Below, in pieces: positions 1 through 8,979 of a stretch of DNA of 43,238 nt. Under the pieces are notes generated by a model that was given only the letters and a program-made list of their open reading frames with translations, was not told the origin of the DNA and ran no database searches. Both the position numbers and the translations under genes were made by a program. Numbering within the stretch: position 1 is the first letter of the stretch; each line of letters begins with the position of its first letter. Source of the stretch: Chthoniobacteraceae bacterium (GTDB taxonomy: Bacteria > Verrucomicrobiota > Verrucomicrobiia > Chthoniobacterales > Chthoniobacteraceae); assembly GCA_037190965.1 (NCBI GenBank), contig JBBCKI010000069.1:1-43238 (forward strand), written 5' to 3'.

Positions 1-28
1 CCCGGCCATCCTAGGATGGCCGGGCGAC
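1..28. repeat. Perfect 24-bp palindrome (REP-like), probably cut by the window edge
   Basis: cccggccatcct|aggatggccggg (1-24) is exactly self-complementary. It is followed by CGAC, which reads GTCG on the minus strand, a GTAG-like REP foot. Confidence 0.6.
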
Positions 29-70
29 AAAGTCGCGCACCCCTGCGCATATCTTTAACAGCCTTCCCCA

Positions 71-1471
71 CTGAACCGGATTCTCATTCTGCTGATTGCT
101 GCCTTCGCGGGCCTCTGCGGCTGGTGGCTCGGACGCTCTGCGCCCGACAAAGACGCCTCCGGCGAGCGCAAGCCGCTCTTCTATCAATCGCCCATGCACC
201 CGTGGATCAAAAGCGATAAACCGGGGCAGTGCACGATCTGCGGAATGGATCTTGCCCCCGTTTTTGAAGCCTCTCAGTCCTTTGAAGGCAACGCGAAGGA
301 GATCGTCATGCTTCCCGCAGGAAGCCCCCGGACCGCCGGGATCGCCACCGCGCCGGTGACAAAGCAACCCCTGGTGCGCACGCTACGCGTGGCGGGAATG
401 GTCGATGACGACCAGACGCGCCACCGATTCCTGTCGGCCAGTGTCAAAGGCCGCGTCGACAAGCTCTTTGTCAATTACCTTGGCGCCGAGGTCGCAGAAG
501 GCGAGCCGCTCGCCGAGCTTTTCAGTCGCGAGCTGCTCTCGGCAATCTCCGAGTACAACCTCGTCACCGGAGAACTCAAGAAAACCGTTGCACTGAAACT
601 CCGGCAGATGGGTCTTACCGAGCGCCAGATTGCGGACCTCCCAAAGCGCGATTCCAAAAGCCTCACGGTGCCAATGGTCGCGCCGATGAGCGGGACGGTG
701 GTGGCGCAGAATGTGTTTGAAGGCCAATGGGTGGAAGTGGGCGAAAAGCTATTCGAGGTCGCGGACTTCCAGAAAATGTGGTTTGTCTTCAACGCTTATG
801 AGCGGGATCTCCCGTGGCTGAAGCTCGGCCAGGTTGTTGAGATCCGCACCCCCTCGCATCCGGGCCGTGTGTTTAAAGCGCCTATCGCGTTCATCGATCC
901 CAACCTCGATGAATTCACCCGCACGGCACGGGTCCGCGTGGAACTGAATAACCCTCTCGTCGAAGAGGGAGGCCGCAAGCGCCGTCTCTTCCTACACCGT
1001 CTGTTCGCAGAGGCTACGGTGGAAACGACCACGCCGGAAACCCTCACGGTGCCGCGCTCGGCCGTCATCTGGCCCGGCGGACGACCACGGGTTTTTGTGG
1101 ACCAGGGAGACGGCGCGTACCGGCTCGTCCATATCAATCCCGGCCGCCAGGGAGACACCCATCTCGAAGTCCTCGACGGTGTGAAGGACGGCGAAAAGGT
1201 GGTGGTGCAAGGAGGCGTGCTGCTCGACGGACAGGCGCAGATGAACAACGGCCATAATGGCCATGAAGCGGGGGCCGACGAAAAAACGACGCTGGTGGGC
1301 CCCGACGAGTGCCCCGTCTCCCAGGAAAAGCTCGGATCGATGGGCAAGCCGTTCGTGTTCACGCACGGGGAACGGGAAATCCAGCTCTGCTGCAAAGCAT
1401 GCAGGAAGGATTTCGAAGCCGATCCGGCAAAGTATCTCAAGCAACTCCCCGCCCCCACCTCAAAGCCATGA
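71..1471 (+). CDS. cusB: CusB-like RND efflux periplasmic adaptor with N-terminal heavy-metal-binding domain and C-terminal YHS/TRASH-like domain
   Basis: YQSPMHP...CTICGMDL metal-binding motif, MFP barrel/hairpin core, C-terminal CPVS...LCCKAC. The frame is open from a TAA at 56-58 and encodes a membrane anchor (LNRILILLIAAFAGLCGWWLG) upstream of the first ATG (194), so the start is placed at CTG 71. The stop overlaps the cusA start (ATGA). Confidence 0.88.
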   Translation: MNRILILLIAAFAGLCGWWLGRSAPDKDASGERKPLFYQSPMHPWIKSDKPGQCTICGMDLAPVFEASQSFEGNAKEIVMLPAGSPRTAGIATAPVTKQPLVRTLRVAGMVDDDQTRHRFLSASVKGRVDKLFVNYLGAEVAEGEPLAELFSRELLSAISEYNLVTGELKKTVALKLRQMGLTERQIADLPKRDSKSLTVPMVAPMSGTVVAQNVFEGQWVEVGEKLFEVADFQKMWFVFNAYERDLPWLKLGQVVEIRTPSHPGRVFKAPIAFIDPNLDEFTRTARVRVELNNPLVEEGGRKRRLFLHRLFAEATVETTTPETLTVPRSAVIWPGGRPRVFVDQGDGAYRLVHINPGRQGDTHLEVLDGVKDGEKVVVQGGVLLDGQAQMNNGHNGHEAGADEKTTLVGPDECPVSQEKLGSMGKPFVFTHGEREIQLCCKACRKDFEADPAKYLKQLPAPTSKP

Positions 1472-4400
1472 TCAACCGAATGATCGAATGGTCGCTGCGG
1501 AATCGCTTCCTCGTCAGCTGTCTTGTCCTCATGCTGGTCGCGCTCGGCATCCGCGCCCTTCTTCGTGCGCCGGTCGACGCCACCCCTGACCTGACGGAAA
1601 ACCAGGTCATCGTCTTTGCGGACTGGATGGGACGCTCCCCCCAGGAGGTGGAAGACCAGGTTACCTATCCACTAACGGTGAACCTGCAGGGTCTTGCCGG
1701 GGTCAAGACCGTGCGTGCGACAAGCATGTTCGGTTTTTCGCTAGTCACCGTCATCTTCCGCGACGAGATCGATCCCTACTTCGCCCGGCAGCGGGTGTTG
1801 GAACGGCTCAACTATCTCGGCGGATCCCTGCCCGAAGGCGTGATTCCCAAGCTTGGCCCGGATGCCACTGGGCTGGGCTGGATCTATCAGTATTACCTGG
1901 AGGTAGACCCTGCAAAGATTCCTGCGAAAGCGGATGGCACCTCCGGAGGCTACGATCTTGCCTACCTGCGCGGCATTCAGGACTGGTTCATCCGCTACCA
2001 ACTCAATGCCATTCCCGGCGTGGCGGAAGTCGGGAGCATCGGCGGATTCGTAAAACAATATCAGGTGGAAGTCTCCTCCGCGAAACTGCGCGATCGGGGC
2101 ATCGCGCTGCCGATGGTCATGGACGCTCTGCAAAAGGCCAACGTCAACATCGGCGGCAAGACCATGGAAGAAAACGGGCAGGAATTTGTCGTCCGGGGGC
2201 TGGGTCTCGTCAAAAATCCTGCCGAATTGGAAACCATTGTGCTTGCCCGGGAAGGGAGCGTCCCCGTTTACCTGCGCGATGTCGCACGAATCGAGATAGG
2301 CGGGGAATTCCGGCGCGGCACGCTGGATATCAATGGTCGCGAAGCCGTCGGCGGGATCGTCGTCATGCGCTCCGGCGAGAATGCTCATGCGGTTATTCAG
2401 GCGGTCAAAGCCAAAGTAAAGGAGATTGAAAAGAGCCTTCCGCCGGGAGTCAGCATCAAGCCGTTCTATGATCGTAGCGGACTGATCGACCGTACTATCG
2501 ATACCCTGAAGCATGCGCTGGTGGAAGAGATTATCCTCGTCACGCTGGCTCACGTGGTCTTCCTCTTCCATTTCCGCTCCATCCTGATCGTCACATTTCC
2601 GCTACCCGCCAGCATCCTCGTTTCCTTCCTGCTCATGGATGTCTTCGGCATCTCGTCCAATATCATGAGCCTCTCCGGACTGGTAATCGCTATTGGCGTC
2701 CTCGTCGATGCGGGCATTGTCATCACGGAAAACGTGTTGCGGCACTGTGAGACCGCCGAGGAACGTCTCGGGCGAAGGTTGAACCGTGCCGAAACGATGG
2801 CCTGCACGCTGGAGGCTTCAAAACAGGTGGGGCGCCCGATCTTCTTTTCGATGGCGATCATCCTGCTTTCCTTTCTGCCGGTCTTTGCATTGCAGGGGCA
2901 GGACGGGAAACTCTTTCACCCTCTCGCGTTCACCAAAACGTTCGCCTTGGTCGGTTCCACCGTCCTGGCGGTGAGCATTGTACCGGTCCTTTGCAGCATT
3001 CTGATCCGCGGCCCTTTCCACCGCGAGGACAAGAACTGGGTCATGCTGTTCCTCATGCGCCTTTACGAACCGGCGCTGGACTGGTCGCTCAAGCACCGCC
3101 GCACCGTCTTGGTGATCGCCGCGTTTCTCCTCGCGCTTTCGCAGGCGATGTTTTGGGGGCTTCCGAAATCGCTGGTCAGCAAACTCGACGCCATTCCGCC
3201 GCTGCAAAGGCTGCTGACCGGGATCGGCAGCGAACACATGCCGAAACTCAATGAAGGAAGCCTGCTGTTCATGCCGGTGCTTTCACCCGCCACCGCGCTC
3301 GGAGAGATCCAACGGGTCATGGCTTGGCAGGATGAAATGTTCGCCGGCATCCCGGAGGTCGAAACGGCCGCGGGGAAGCTGGGCCGGGCGGAAACGGCCA
3401 CCGACCCCGCTCCTGTGGAGATGATCGAGACAACCATCACGCTAAAGCCCAAGGACCAATGGCGCCCCGGGATGACGCTCGAAAAACTTAAGGACGAGAT
3501 GAGTCAAAAGCTGATGCAGGTACCGGGATTTGTGCCGGGCGGCTTCCTTCAACCGATCGAAAATCGCATCCTGATGATCTCCACTGGAATCCGGGCTCAA
3601 CTCGGCGTGAAGATCCTCGGGGACGACCTCAATGCCTTGCAACAAAAGGCTTTCGAGGTCGAACGGCTAGTGCGCGAGATCCCCGGCGCCAACGGCGTTG
3701 CGGTATCGCGTGTTGTCGGTAAGCCGTACCTGGAAATCGAACCGCGTCGCGAGACGATCGCCCGCTACGGGCTCTCGGTAAAAGATGTCCTGGACATTGT
3801 GGAAGTAGGCCTGGGAGGTGTTTCGGTATCGACGGTGATTGAAGGCCGGGAACGCTACCCGATCCAGCTTCGCCTTGAACGCGGCGAGCGGGACGATCTC
3901 TCCCGCATCGGCGACCTGCTGGTGCCGCTGCCGCGCAATGAATCCGCCGCTGCGGGCGCGAGCATGGCAGGAGGAGCCATACCGCTCGATCAACTGGCTG
4001 ACATCCGCCGCGTCACCGGCCCAAACGAGATTGCCAGCGAAAACGGCCGTCTGCGCGTCTTTGTGCAATCCAATGTCAGCGGTCGCGACCTCGGCAGCTT
4101 CGTGAAAGATGTGAAGGAGCGAATTGCCCGGGATATTACCCCAAACCTTCCGCCGGGCATGACGGTTGAATACAGCGGCGAGTATGAAAACCAACTTGCC
4201 TTCGTGCGAACGATGACCTTGATTGTCCCGGCAGCGCTGCTGGTGATCTTCGTGCTTCTCTTCATCGTCTACAACGACGCCAGGGAAGCGGCGCATGTGC
4301 TGCTGGCCGTTCCCTTCGCTCTCAGCGGAAGTGTGTTCCTGCAATACTTTCTCGGCTTCCCGTTTACCGCAGCCGTTGGAGTTGGCTACATCGCCCTCTT

Positions 4401-4785
4401 TGGGACGGCAATTCAAACCGGTGTCGTGATGGTGGTTTATCTGGAAGAGATGCTGCGGCAACGAAAACAGGAGCGCGGGGACGCCTTCAATAGTGACGAC
4501 CTCATTCAAGCAGTCAAGGATGGTGCAAAGCTGCGACTACGGCCAAAGGTGATGACCGTGGCAACCACGCTGGCCAGTCTTCTGCCTGTCTTCTGGATCG
4601 AGCGCACCGGCAGCGAAGTCATGCAACCACTGGCAACCCCGGTCGTCGGTGGCTGCATCAGCAGTCTGTTGCATATCCTGATTGTCACGCCGGTCATCTT
4701 CGTCTGGCTGCGCTCTCGAGAGCTGAAAAAACCGATGCCGCCAACCCCGGATAAGACTGAGGCGGCGGCATCGCTGCATGGTTAA
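1468..4785 (+). CDS. cusA: CusA/SilA-family heavy-metal efflux RND permease (Cu+/Ag+)
   Basis: Starts MINRMIEWSLRNR. The three CusA metal-binding Met contexts are kept (GSLLFMP, DPAPVEMIET, PIENRILMIST), plus VLVDAGIV and RLRPKVMT. ATG 1468 overlaps the cusB stop. Confidence 0.95.
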   Translation: MINRMIEWSLRNRFLVSCLVLMLVALGIRALLRAPVDATPDLTENQVIVFADWMGRSPQEVEDQVTYPLTVNLQGLAGVKTVRATSMFGFSLVTVIFRDEIDPYFARQRVLERLNYLGGSLPEGVIPKLGPDATGLGWIYQYYLEVDPAKIPAKADGTSGGYDLAYLRGIQDWFIRYQLNAIPGVAEVGSIGGFVKQYQVEVSSAKLRDRGIALPMVMDALQKANVNIGGKTMEENGQEFVVRGLGLVKNPAELETIVLAREGSVPVYLRDVARIEIGGEFRRGTLDINGREAVGGIVVMRSGENAHAVIQAVKAKVKEIEKSLPPGVSIKPFYDRSGLIDRTIDTLKHALVEEIILVTLAHVVFLFHFRSILIVTFPLPASILVSFLLMDVFGISSNIMSLSGLVIAIGVLVDAGIVITENVLRHCETAEERLGRRLNRAETMACTLEASKQVGRPIFFSMAIILLSFLPVFALQGQDGKLFHPLAFTKTFALVGSTVLAVSIVPVLCSILIRGPFHREDKNWVMLFLMRLYEPALDWSLKHRRTVLVIAAFLLALSQAMFWGLPKSLVSKLDAIPPLQRLLTGIGSEHMPKLNEGSLLFMPVLSPATALGEIQRVMAWQDEMFAGIPEVETAAGKLGRAETATDPAPVEMIETTITLKPKDQWRPGMTLEKLKDEMSQKLMQVPGFVPGGFLQPIENRILMISTGIRAQLGVKILGDDLNALQQKAFEVERLVREIPGANGVAVSRVVGKPYLEIEPRRETIARYGLSVKDVLDIVEVGLGGVSVSTVIEGRERYPIQLRLERGERDDLSRIGDLLVPLPRNESAAAGASMAGGAIPLDQLADIRRVTGPNEIASENGRLRVFVQSNVSGRDLGSFVKDVKERIARDITPNLPPGMTVEYSGEYENQLAFVRTMTLIVPAALLVIFVLLFIVYNDAREAAHVLLAVPFALSGSVFLQYFLGFPFTAAVGVGYIALFGTAIQTGVVMVVYLEEMLRQRKQERGDAFNSDDLIQAVKDGAKLRLRPKVMTVATTLASLLPVFWIERTGSEVMQPLATPVVGGCISSLLHILIVTPVIFVWLRSRELKKPMPPTPDKTEAAASLHG

Positions 4786-4792
4786 CCTCCCG

Positions 4793-5854
4793 CTACTTTT
4801 TTGTATAAAGCTGGTCGAAAACGCCGCCCTCGGAGAAATGCACCTTCAGGGCGGCCTTCCATCCTCCGGCGACTTCTTCAATAGTGAACAGATTCAGATC
4901 AGGGAACACGTCGCTATGGGCCTTCAGAACGTTTTCCGACCGTGGGCGAAAATAGTGTGCCGCGATAATCTCCTGCCCCTTCTCACTGTAGAGATAGTTC
5001 AGATACGATTCCGCCAGCTTCCGCGTGCCGTGTTTATCGGCGACAGGTTCAACCACGGCAACCGGCGATTCCGCAAGAATGCTCACCGAAGGCACCACCA
5101 CTTCGAACTTGTCGCCAAGCTCCTTCAGCGTCCCCCTGATCTCGTTCTCGAAGGTCAACAGTACATCGCCGATGTTCCGGTGTGCAAAGGTCATCGTCGC
5201 CGCGCGACCGCCTGAATCGAGCACCGGAACATTGGCCAGAAACTTCTTCACGAACTCCCGCGCCTTCGTTTCATCTCCCCCGCTCTGCTTCAAAGCATAA
5301 CCCCAGGCTGCAATATAGCTATACCGCCCGTTCCCGGATAATTTCGGATTGGGAATGATGACCTCGACGTCATTCCTCACCAAATCGCTCCAATCCTTGA
5401 TTCCCTTGGGATTTCCCTTTCTGACCAGAAAGAGAATGGTGGATGTATAGGGAGCAGCATTGTCCGGGAAGAGCTTCCTCCACTCCGCTGAAACGAGATT
5501 CCTTTCCGTAAGAATTTCGATGTCAGTGCTTTGGTTCATCGTCACCACATCGGCCTCCAACCCGTCCAACACGGCGCGAGCCTGCTTGCTGGAGCCGGTG
5601 TGAGCCTGGTTGACAGTGATCGCCTCTCCCGTCTTCGCCTTCCAATGGGCGGCGAAAGCTTCATTATAAGCCTGATAAAACTCCCGCGTCACGTCATAGG
5701 AGGCATTGAGAAGCGTTGTTTCCGCCCCCGCCGTACCTTGAAGAGCAAGAGCAAGGATGGAGACCCGCAGGGATGCCCCGATTGAAGATTTAAGGGAAGC
5801 TCCCGCCCGCAGGGTCCCAAGCCTCATAAGCCACGCTGAAGAATTTTTGATCAT
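4793..5854 (-). CDS. sbp: Sulfate/thiosulfate ABC transporter substrate-binding protein (Sbp/CysP family)
   Basis: LLNASYDVTREFY, GSSKQARAVLDGLEADVV, PYTSTILFLVRKGNPKGIKDWSDL, PNPKLSGNGRY, DVLLTFENE; signal peptide. Start could be 5827. Confidence 0.93.
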   Translation of the reverse strand: MIKNSSAWLMRLGTLRAGASLKSSIGASLRVSILALALQGTAGAETTLLNASYDVTREFYQAYNEAFAAHWKAKTGEAITVNQAHTGSSKQARAVLDGLEADVVTMNQSTDIEILTERNLVSAEWRKLFPDNAAPYTSTILFLVRKGNPKGIKDWSDLVRNDVEVIIPNPKLSGNGRYSYIAAWGYALKQSGGDETKAREFVKKFLANVPVLDSGGRAATMTFAHRNIGDVLLTFENEIRGTLKELGDKFEVVVPSVSILAESPVAVVEPVADKHGTRKLAESYLNYLYSEKGQEIIAAHYFRPRSENVLKAHSDVFPDLNLFTIEEVAGGWKAALKVHFSEGGVFDQLYTKK

Positions 5855-5875
5855 GGGCAGGGGATTTATCCGCTC

Positions 5876-5900
5876 AATCTATATCAGTCAAGTATAGATT
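5876..5900. promoter_or_regulatory. 8-9-8 inverted repeat, candidate operator upstream of sbp
   Basis: AATCTATA-tcagtcaag-TATAGATT in an AT-rich patch about 20 bp upstream of the sbp start. Confidence 0.5.
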
Positions 5901-6179
5901 AGAAAATTTTTAGATTCGGGAAGATTTGAGTAGGACATATAAAATATTTTTGCCGAAGTCTGCCGATGCCATTCCTTCCTCCGGGAAGGCTGCGAGAGGA
6001 CATTTGCTTCCTCCCTGGCCCATTTTTCCTTCAAGGCATCGTTGGCGAATGCAGATTTCTCCCACCCGGAAAAATCACCAGAATACCGAACCCGCAATGG
6101 CGTCCACCGCTCCAATGTCTCACGATGCTAGCGTTCACAAGGTCAATCCTGCACCAAAGAATCCCCTCACCTAAACACT

Positions 6180-6194
6180 AGGCATCGGGATTGT
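6180..6194 (+). promoter_or_regulatory. Possible sigma54 -24/-12 element
   Basis: aGGCATCgggaTTGT: GG-N10-GT, imperfect at -12. Lies 24 bp before ATG 6219. Confidence 0.25.
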
Positions 6195-6218
6195 CCAAAG
6201 ACTGATCTCACTACAAGG

Positions 6219-6383
6219 ATGAATGCGAATCCAGGAAGGAATCCTCGCCCCCAAAACACACCCACGAAGCCCGAGCCGCCCACAAGACCCGGGAAGAGCA
6301 GGAACGGGAACACATGGCTGCCGCGGGATTTCCCCCGGGGCGCAGAGCCTGCCGAACCCGCGCCGAAAGGGGGGGCCCATTGA
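6219..6383 (+). CDS. Putative 54-aa Pro-rich small protein coupled to the dehydratase gene
   Basis: Hand translation MNANPGRNPRPQNTPTKPEPPTRPGKSRNGNTWLPRDFPRGAEPAEPAPKGGAH*. Its TGA overlaps the TTG start of the next gene (TTGA). Confidence 0.3.
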   Translation: MNANPGRNPRPQNTPTKPEPPTRPGKSRNGNTWLPRDFPRGAEPAEPAPKGGAH

Positions 6384-8368
6384 AAAAACGCATCAAACAG
6401 TTGATGGCCTTTCGCCGGCTTCTTCTGCCGCTCGGTTACGCGGCCGGCCTGATGGTCAGCCTTTGGGCCGCCTACCTGCTCAGGTTCGACTTTGCCATAC
6501 CGCCCGAGTATGGCAGCCAACTCGTTACCTCCATCGGGTGGATCACCTCGCTTCAACTCTTGATGCTCCTGGCATTCGGGCAAGTGTCCGGACACCTGAC
6601 GGTCTTCAGCATCCCCGACTTCGGACGCTTGCTCTCATCGCTTGTGTTAAGCGTCACCGCAGTTCTCGCCCTTAGAACACCCAACGACGTCCTGCTCGTC
6701 CCCCCGCGGAGCGTTGCCATTGCCGACTTCTTCCTGGCCTTGGTGATCCTCGGCGGTTGGCGGCTCTCGATGCGGATTGCATGGCAACGACTTAGAGCCA
6801 CCAGTGACGAATGGAGCCCATATTCGCGACGCATCGGCATCGTCGGCGCGGGAGACGTCGGCTGCAACCTCGCACGCGAGCTTCTGATGAAGCCCAATAT
6901 TGGCCTAAAGCCGGTGGCGTTCTTCGACGATGACCGGCACTCCTGGCGTTCGCGCATCCACGGCATCCCCGTTGTCGGTCCGCCGGAAATGTTGATTGAC
7001 CAGGAGAAGACCATGGAACCCGCCGCCTCCTTCATCAGCAGACTCCTGCAATACCATGCCGGAAGCATGACTGCGGCGGGGGAACTCGATGAAGTCATCA
7101 TCGCCATGCCGTCGGCCCCGGCAAAGAGGATCAAGGAGGTCGTTCGGATCCTCCAGGAGGCGGGCATGAAATTCCGCACCGTCCCGTCACTTGACCAGCT
7201 TGCCACAGGCGCCGTACACGTGAACCAACTTCGCGCGGTGGAGATACAAGACCTCCTTGGGCGCGACCCCGTGTGCATTGAGACTGAGAATATCCGTGCC
7301 GCGCTGGAGGGAAAAGTCGTCCTCGTCACCGGCGCGGGAGGCAGCATCGGCAGCGAGCTCTGCAAACAGATCGCCAGCTTTAGCCCTGCACGACTTCTGA
7401 TGGTTGAACAGTCGGAACCGCAGCTGTTCCAGATCGAGCAGGAACTTCTGGGGCGCTTTCCCGGCCACCCCATCCTGCCGTGCATTGCCGACGTGCTCGA
7501 CGAAGAGCGGATGAACCATCTCTTCGAGCGCCATCGCCCACAGATCGTCTTCCACGCCGCAGCGCACAAGCATGTCCCAATGATGGAGAGCCAGCCGGGC
7601 GAAGCCATCAAGAACAACGTCTTTGGCACCGCCCGCGTAGCGCGGCTCGCGGTCAAATACAATGCCGAACGCTTTGTTCTCATCTCCACGGACAAAGCGA
7701 TCAACCCCACTAATGTCATGGGGGCCACCAAACGACTCGCGGAAATGTTCATCCAGGCGCTGCATGGCGCCTCTCCCGGGTCGACCAAACTCATGGGGGT
7801 TCGTTTCGGCAATGTCCTGGGATCTTCAGGGAGCGTCATTCCCACATTCGCCAAACAGATCGCCTCAGGCGGGCCGGTGAAGATTACCCACCCGGAAATT
7901 ACGCGCTACTTCATGACGATTCCGGAGGCGGTCAGTCTCGTCCTCCAAAGCGGCGCCCAGGGCATTGGCGGCGAGATTTTTGTGCTCGATATGGGGAAAC
8001 CCGTGCGCATTCTCGACCTCGCCACCGAGATGATCCGGCTGAGTGGCCTGACCCCGGGCGTCGACATCGACATTGAATTCGTTGGCCTTCGTCCGGGAGA
8101 GAAGCTGTATGAAGAACTCTGTGCCAACGGAGAAAACACAACACCCACGCATCATCCCAAGATCATGCGCTTTGTGTCGCCGCTTCCCAATTTAATGGAG
8201 CTCGCCCCCACTCTCTCGAACTTTGCGGAATGCCTCGGCTCTCTGCCTCCCGAGGAGATAAAGCTGCGCCTTCACCAGATCGTGCCGGAGTACCAACCCT
8301 ACCTTCCCCCAAGCAGTCTCCATTTTCTCCCAGGTTCGCCGCAGGTCAGGGACCGCATTCCAGCATAG
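6380..8368 (+). CDS. Membrane-anchored nucleoside-diphosphate sugar 4,6-dehydratase (CapD/WbpM/PglF family)
   Basis: Four N-terminal TM helices, IVGAGDVG, VTGAGGSIGSEL, FHAAAHKHVP, ISTDKAINPTNVMGATKR, VRFGNVLGSSGSVIP, GLRPGEKLYEEL. TTG start at 6380 follows a G-rich RBS; ATG 6404 is an alternative. Confidence 0.93.
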   Translation: MKKRIKQLMAFRRLLLPLGYAAGLMVSLWAAYLLRFDFAIPPEYGSQLVTSIGWITSLQLLMLLAFGQVSGHLTVFSIPDFGRLLSSLVLSVTAVLALRTPNDVLLVPPRSVAIADFFLALVILGGWRLSMRIAWQRLRATSDEWSPYSRRIGIVGAGDVGCNLARELLMKPNIGLKPVAFFDDDRHSWRSRIHGIPVVGPPEMLIDQEKTMEPAASFISRLLQYHAGSMTAAGELDEVIIAMPSAPAKRIKEVVRILQEAGMKFRTVPSLDQLATGAVHVNQLRAVEIQDLLGRDPVCIETENIRAALEGKVVLVTGAGGSIGSELCKQIASFSPARLLMVEQSEPQLFQIEQELLGRFPGHPILPCIADVLDEERMNHLFERHRPQIVFHAAAHKHVPMMESQPGEAIKNNVFGTARVARLAVKYNAERFVLISTDKAINPTNVMGATKRLAEMFIQALHGASPGSTKLMGVRFGNVLGSSGSVIPTFAKQIASGGPVKITHPEITRYFMTIPEAVSLVLQSGAQGIGGEIFVLDMGKPVRILDLATEMIRLSGLTPGVDIDIEFVGLRPGEKLYEELCANGENTTPTHHPKIMRFVSPLPNLMELAPTLSNFAECLGSLPPEEIKLRLHQIVPEYQPYLPPSSLHFLPGSPQVRDRIPA

Positions 8369-8380
8369 GAAACCAAAGGC

Positions 8381-8431
8381 TGATGAATAGATAAACTATT
8401 CATCAATCTCGATTAACTTACTATTCATCAA
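8381..8431. promoter_or_regulatory. 10-5-10 inverted repeat plus a third half-site (12-bp direct repeat, 25-bp period)
   Basis: TGATGAATAG-ataaa-CTATTCATCA (8381-8405). ACTATTCATCAA occurs at 8395-8406 and 8420-8431. Confidence 0.5.
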
Positions 8432-8434
8432 GAG

Positions 8435-8469
8435 TGCCCCTCATTTTTGAGGGGCATTTTTTATTTTTT
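8435..8469 (+). terminator. Rho-independent terminator after the dehydratase gene
   Basis: TGCCCCTCA-tttt-TGAGGGGCA stem followed by TTTTTTATTTTTT. Confidence 0.85.
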
Positions 8470-8560
8470 CTGCAATTCCGGTTTGCCAATCCCGGGATTT
8501 GGATAAGTTAATGCATGCCGTTCCCCTTGAAATGCGACTTCGTTAAACATCGTGGGTTAT

Positions 8561-8576
8561 CGGCATCCTTCCTGCA
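8561..8576 (+). promoter_or_regulatory. Candidate sigma54 promoter upstream of the lyase gene
   Basis: cGGCATCcttcCTGCA: exact GG-N10-GC spacing, about 400 bp upstream of ATG 8980. Confidence 0.3.
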
Positions 8577-8979
8577 TTTGAGGGAAGGAACTTCAAATCC
8601 AGCAATATGCCCCACCCTCTTCCCAGACATCCCCTTATGCCCACATAGTCTTTGAACGGCCCGTACGCCCATACCGGCCTCGCCATGATCCGGCCTGCAG
8701 ATGAATCAGTCACGCAGGTGAGCATGGATTGCAGCTTCTCCAAATCCCCAGCAAGTCTCCCCCGCTCTTGACCTAAACGAAAACGCGCGTCTCAAGCGCG
8801 CCCTCTCAGCATTCAATTCGGCGTCCGGCTTTTGCCATTATCCAGCCGCCGCCAAATCCCGGAGATCGCTTTCCGGGTCAGAGCGCAATCGCGTTCTCCG
8901 AACCTTCGGACTCCCGTCGCCGCATCTCGTTGCAGCGGCACCACCATGGACGGTGTTTCAGCCCTCCCTAACCACCGTT

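Noticed and set aside
1309..1467. N-terminal extension of cusA in the ORF track
   Set aside because: Overlaps the cusB C-terminus; the family-typical start MINRMIEWS is at 1468 with an ATGA overlap.
6553..7854. 433-aa minus-strand ORF
   Set aside because: Antisense shadow of the dehydratase; no motifs.
8471..8489. Minus-strand TGGCA...TTGCA sigma54-like motif
   Set aside because: GG-to-GC spacing is 12 nt, not the required 10.
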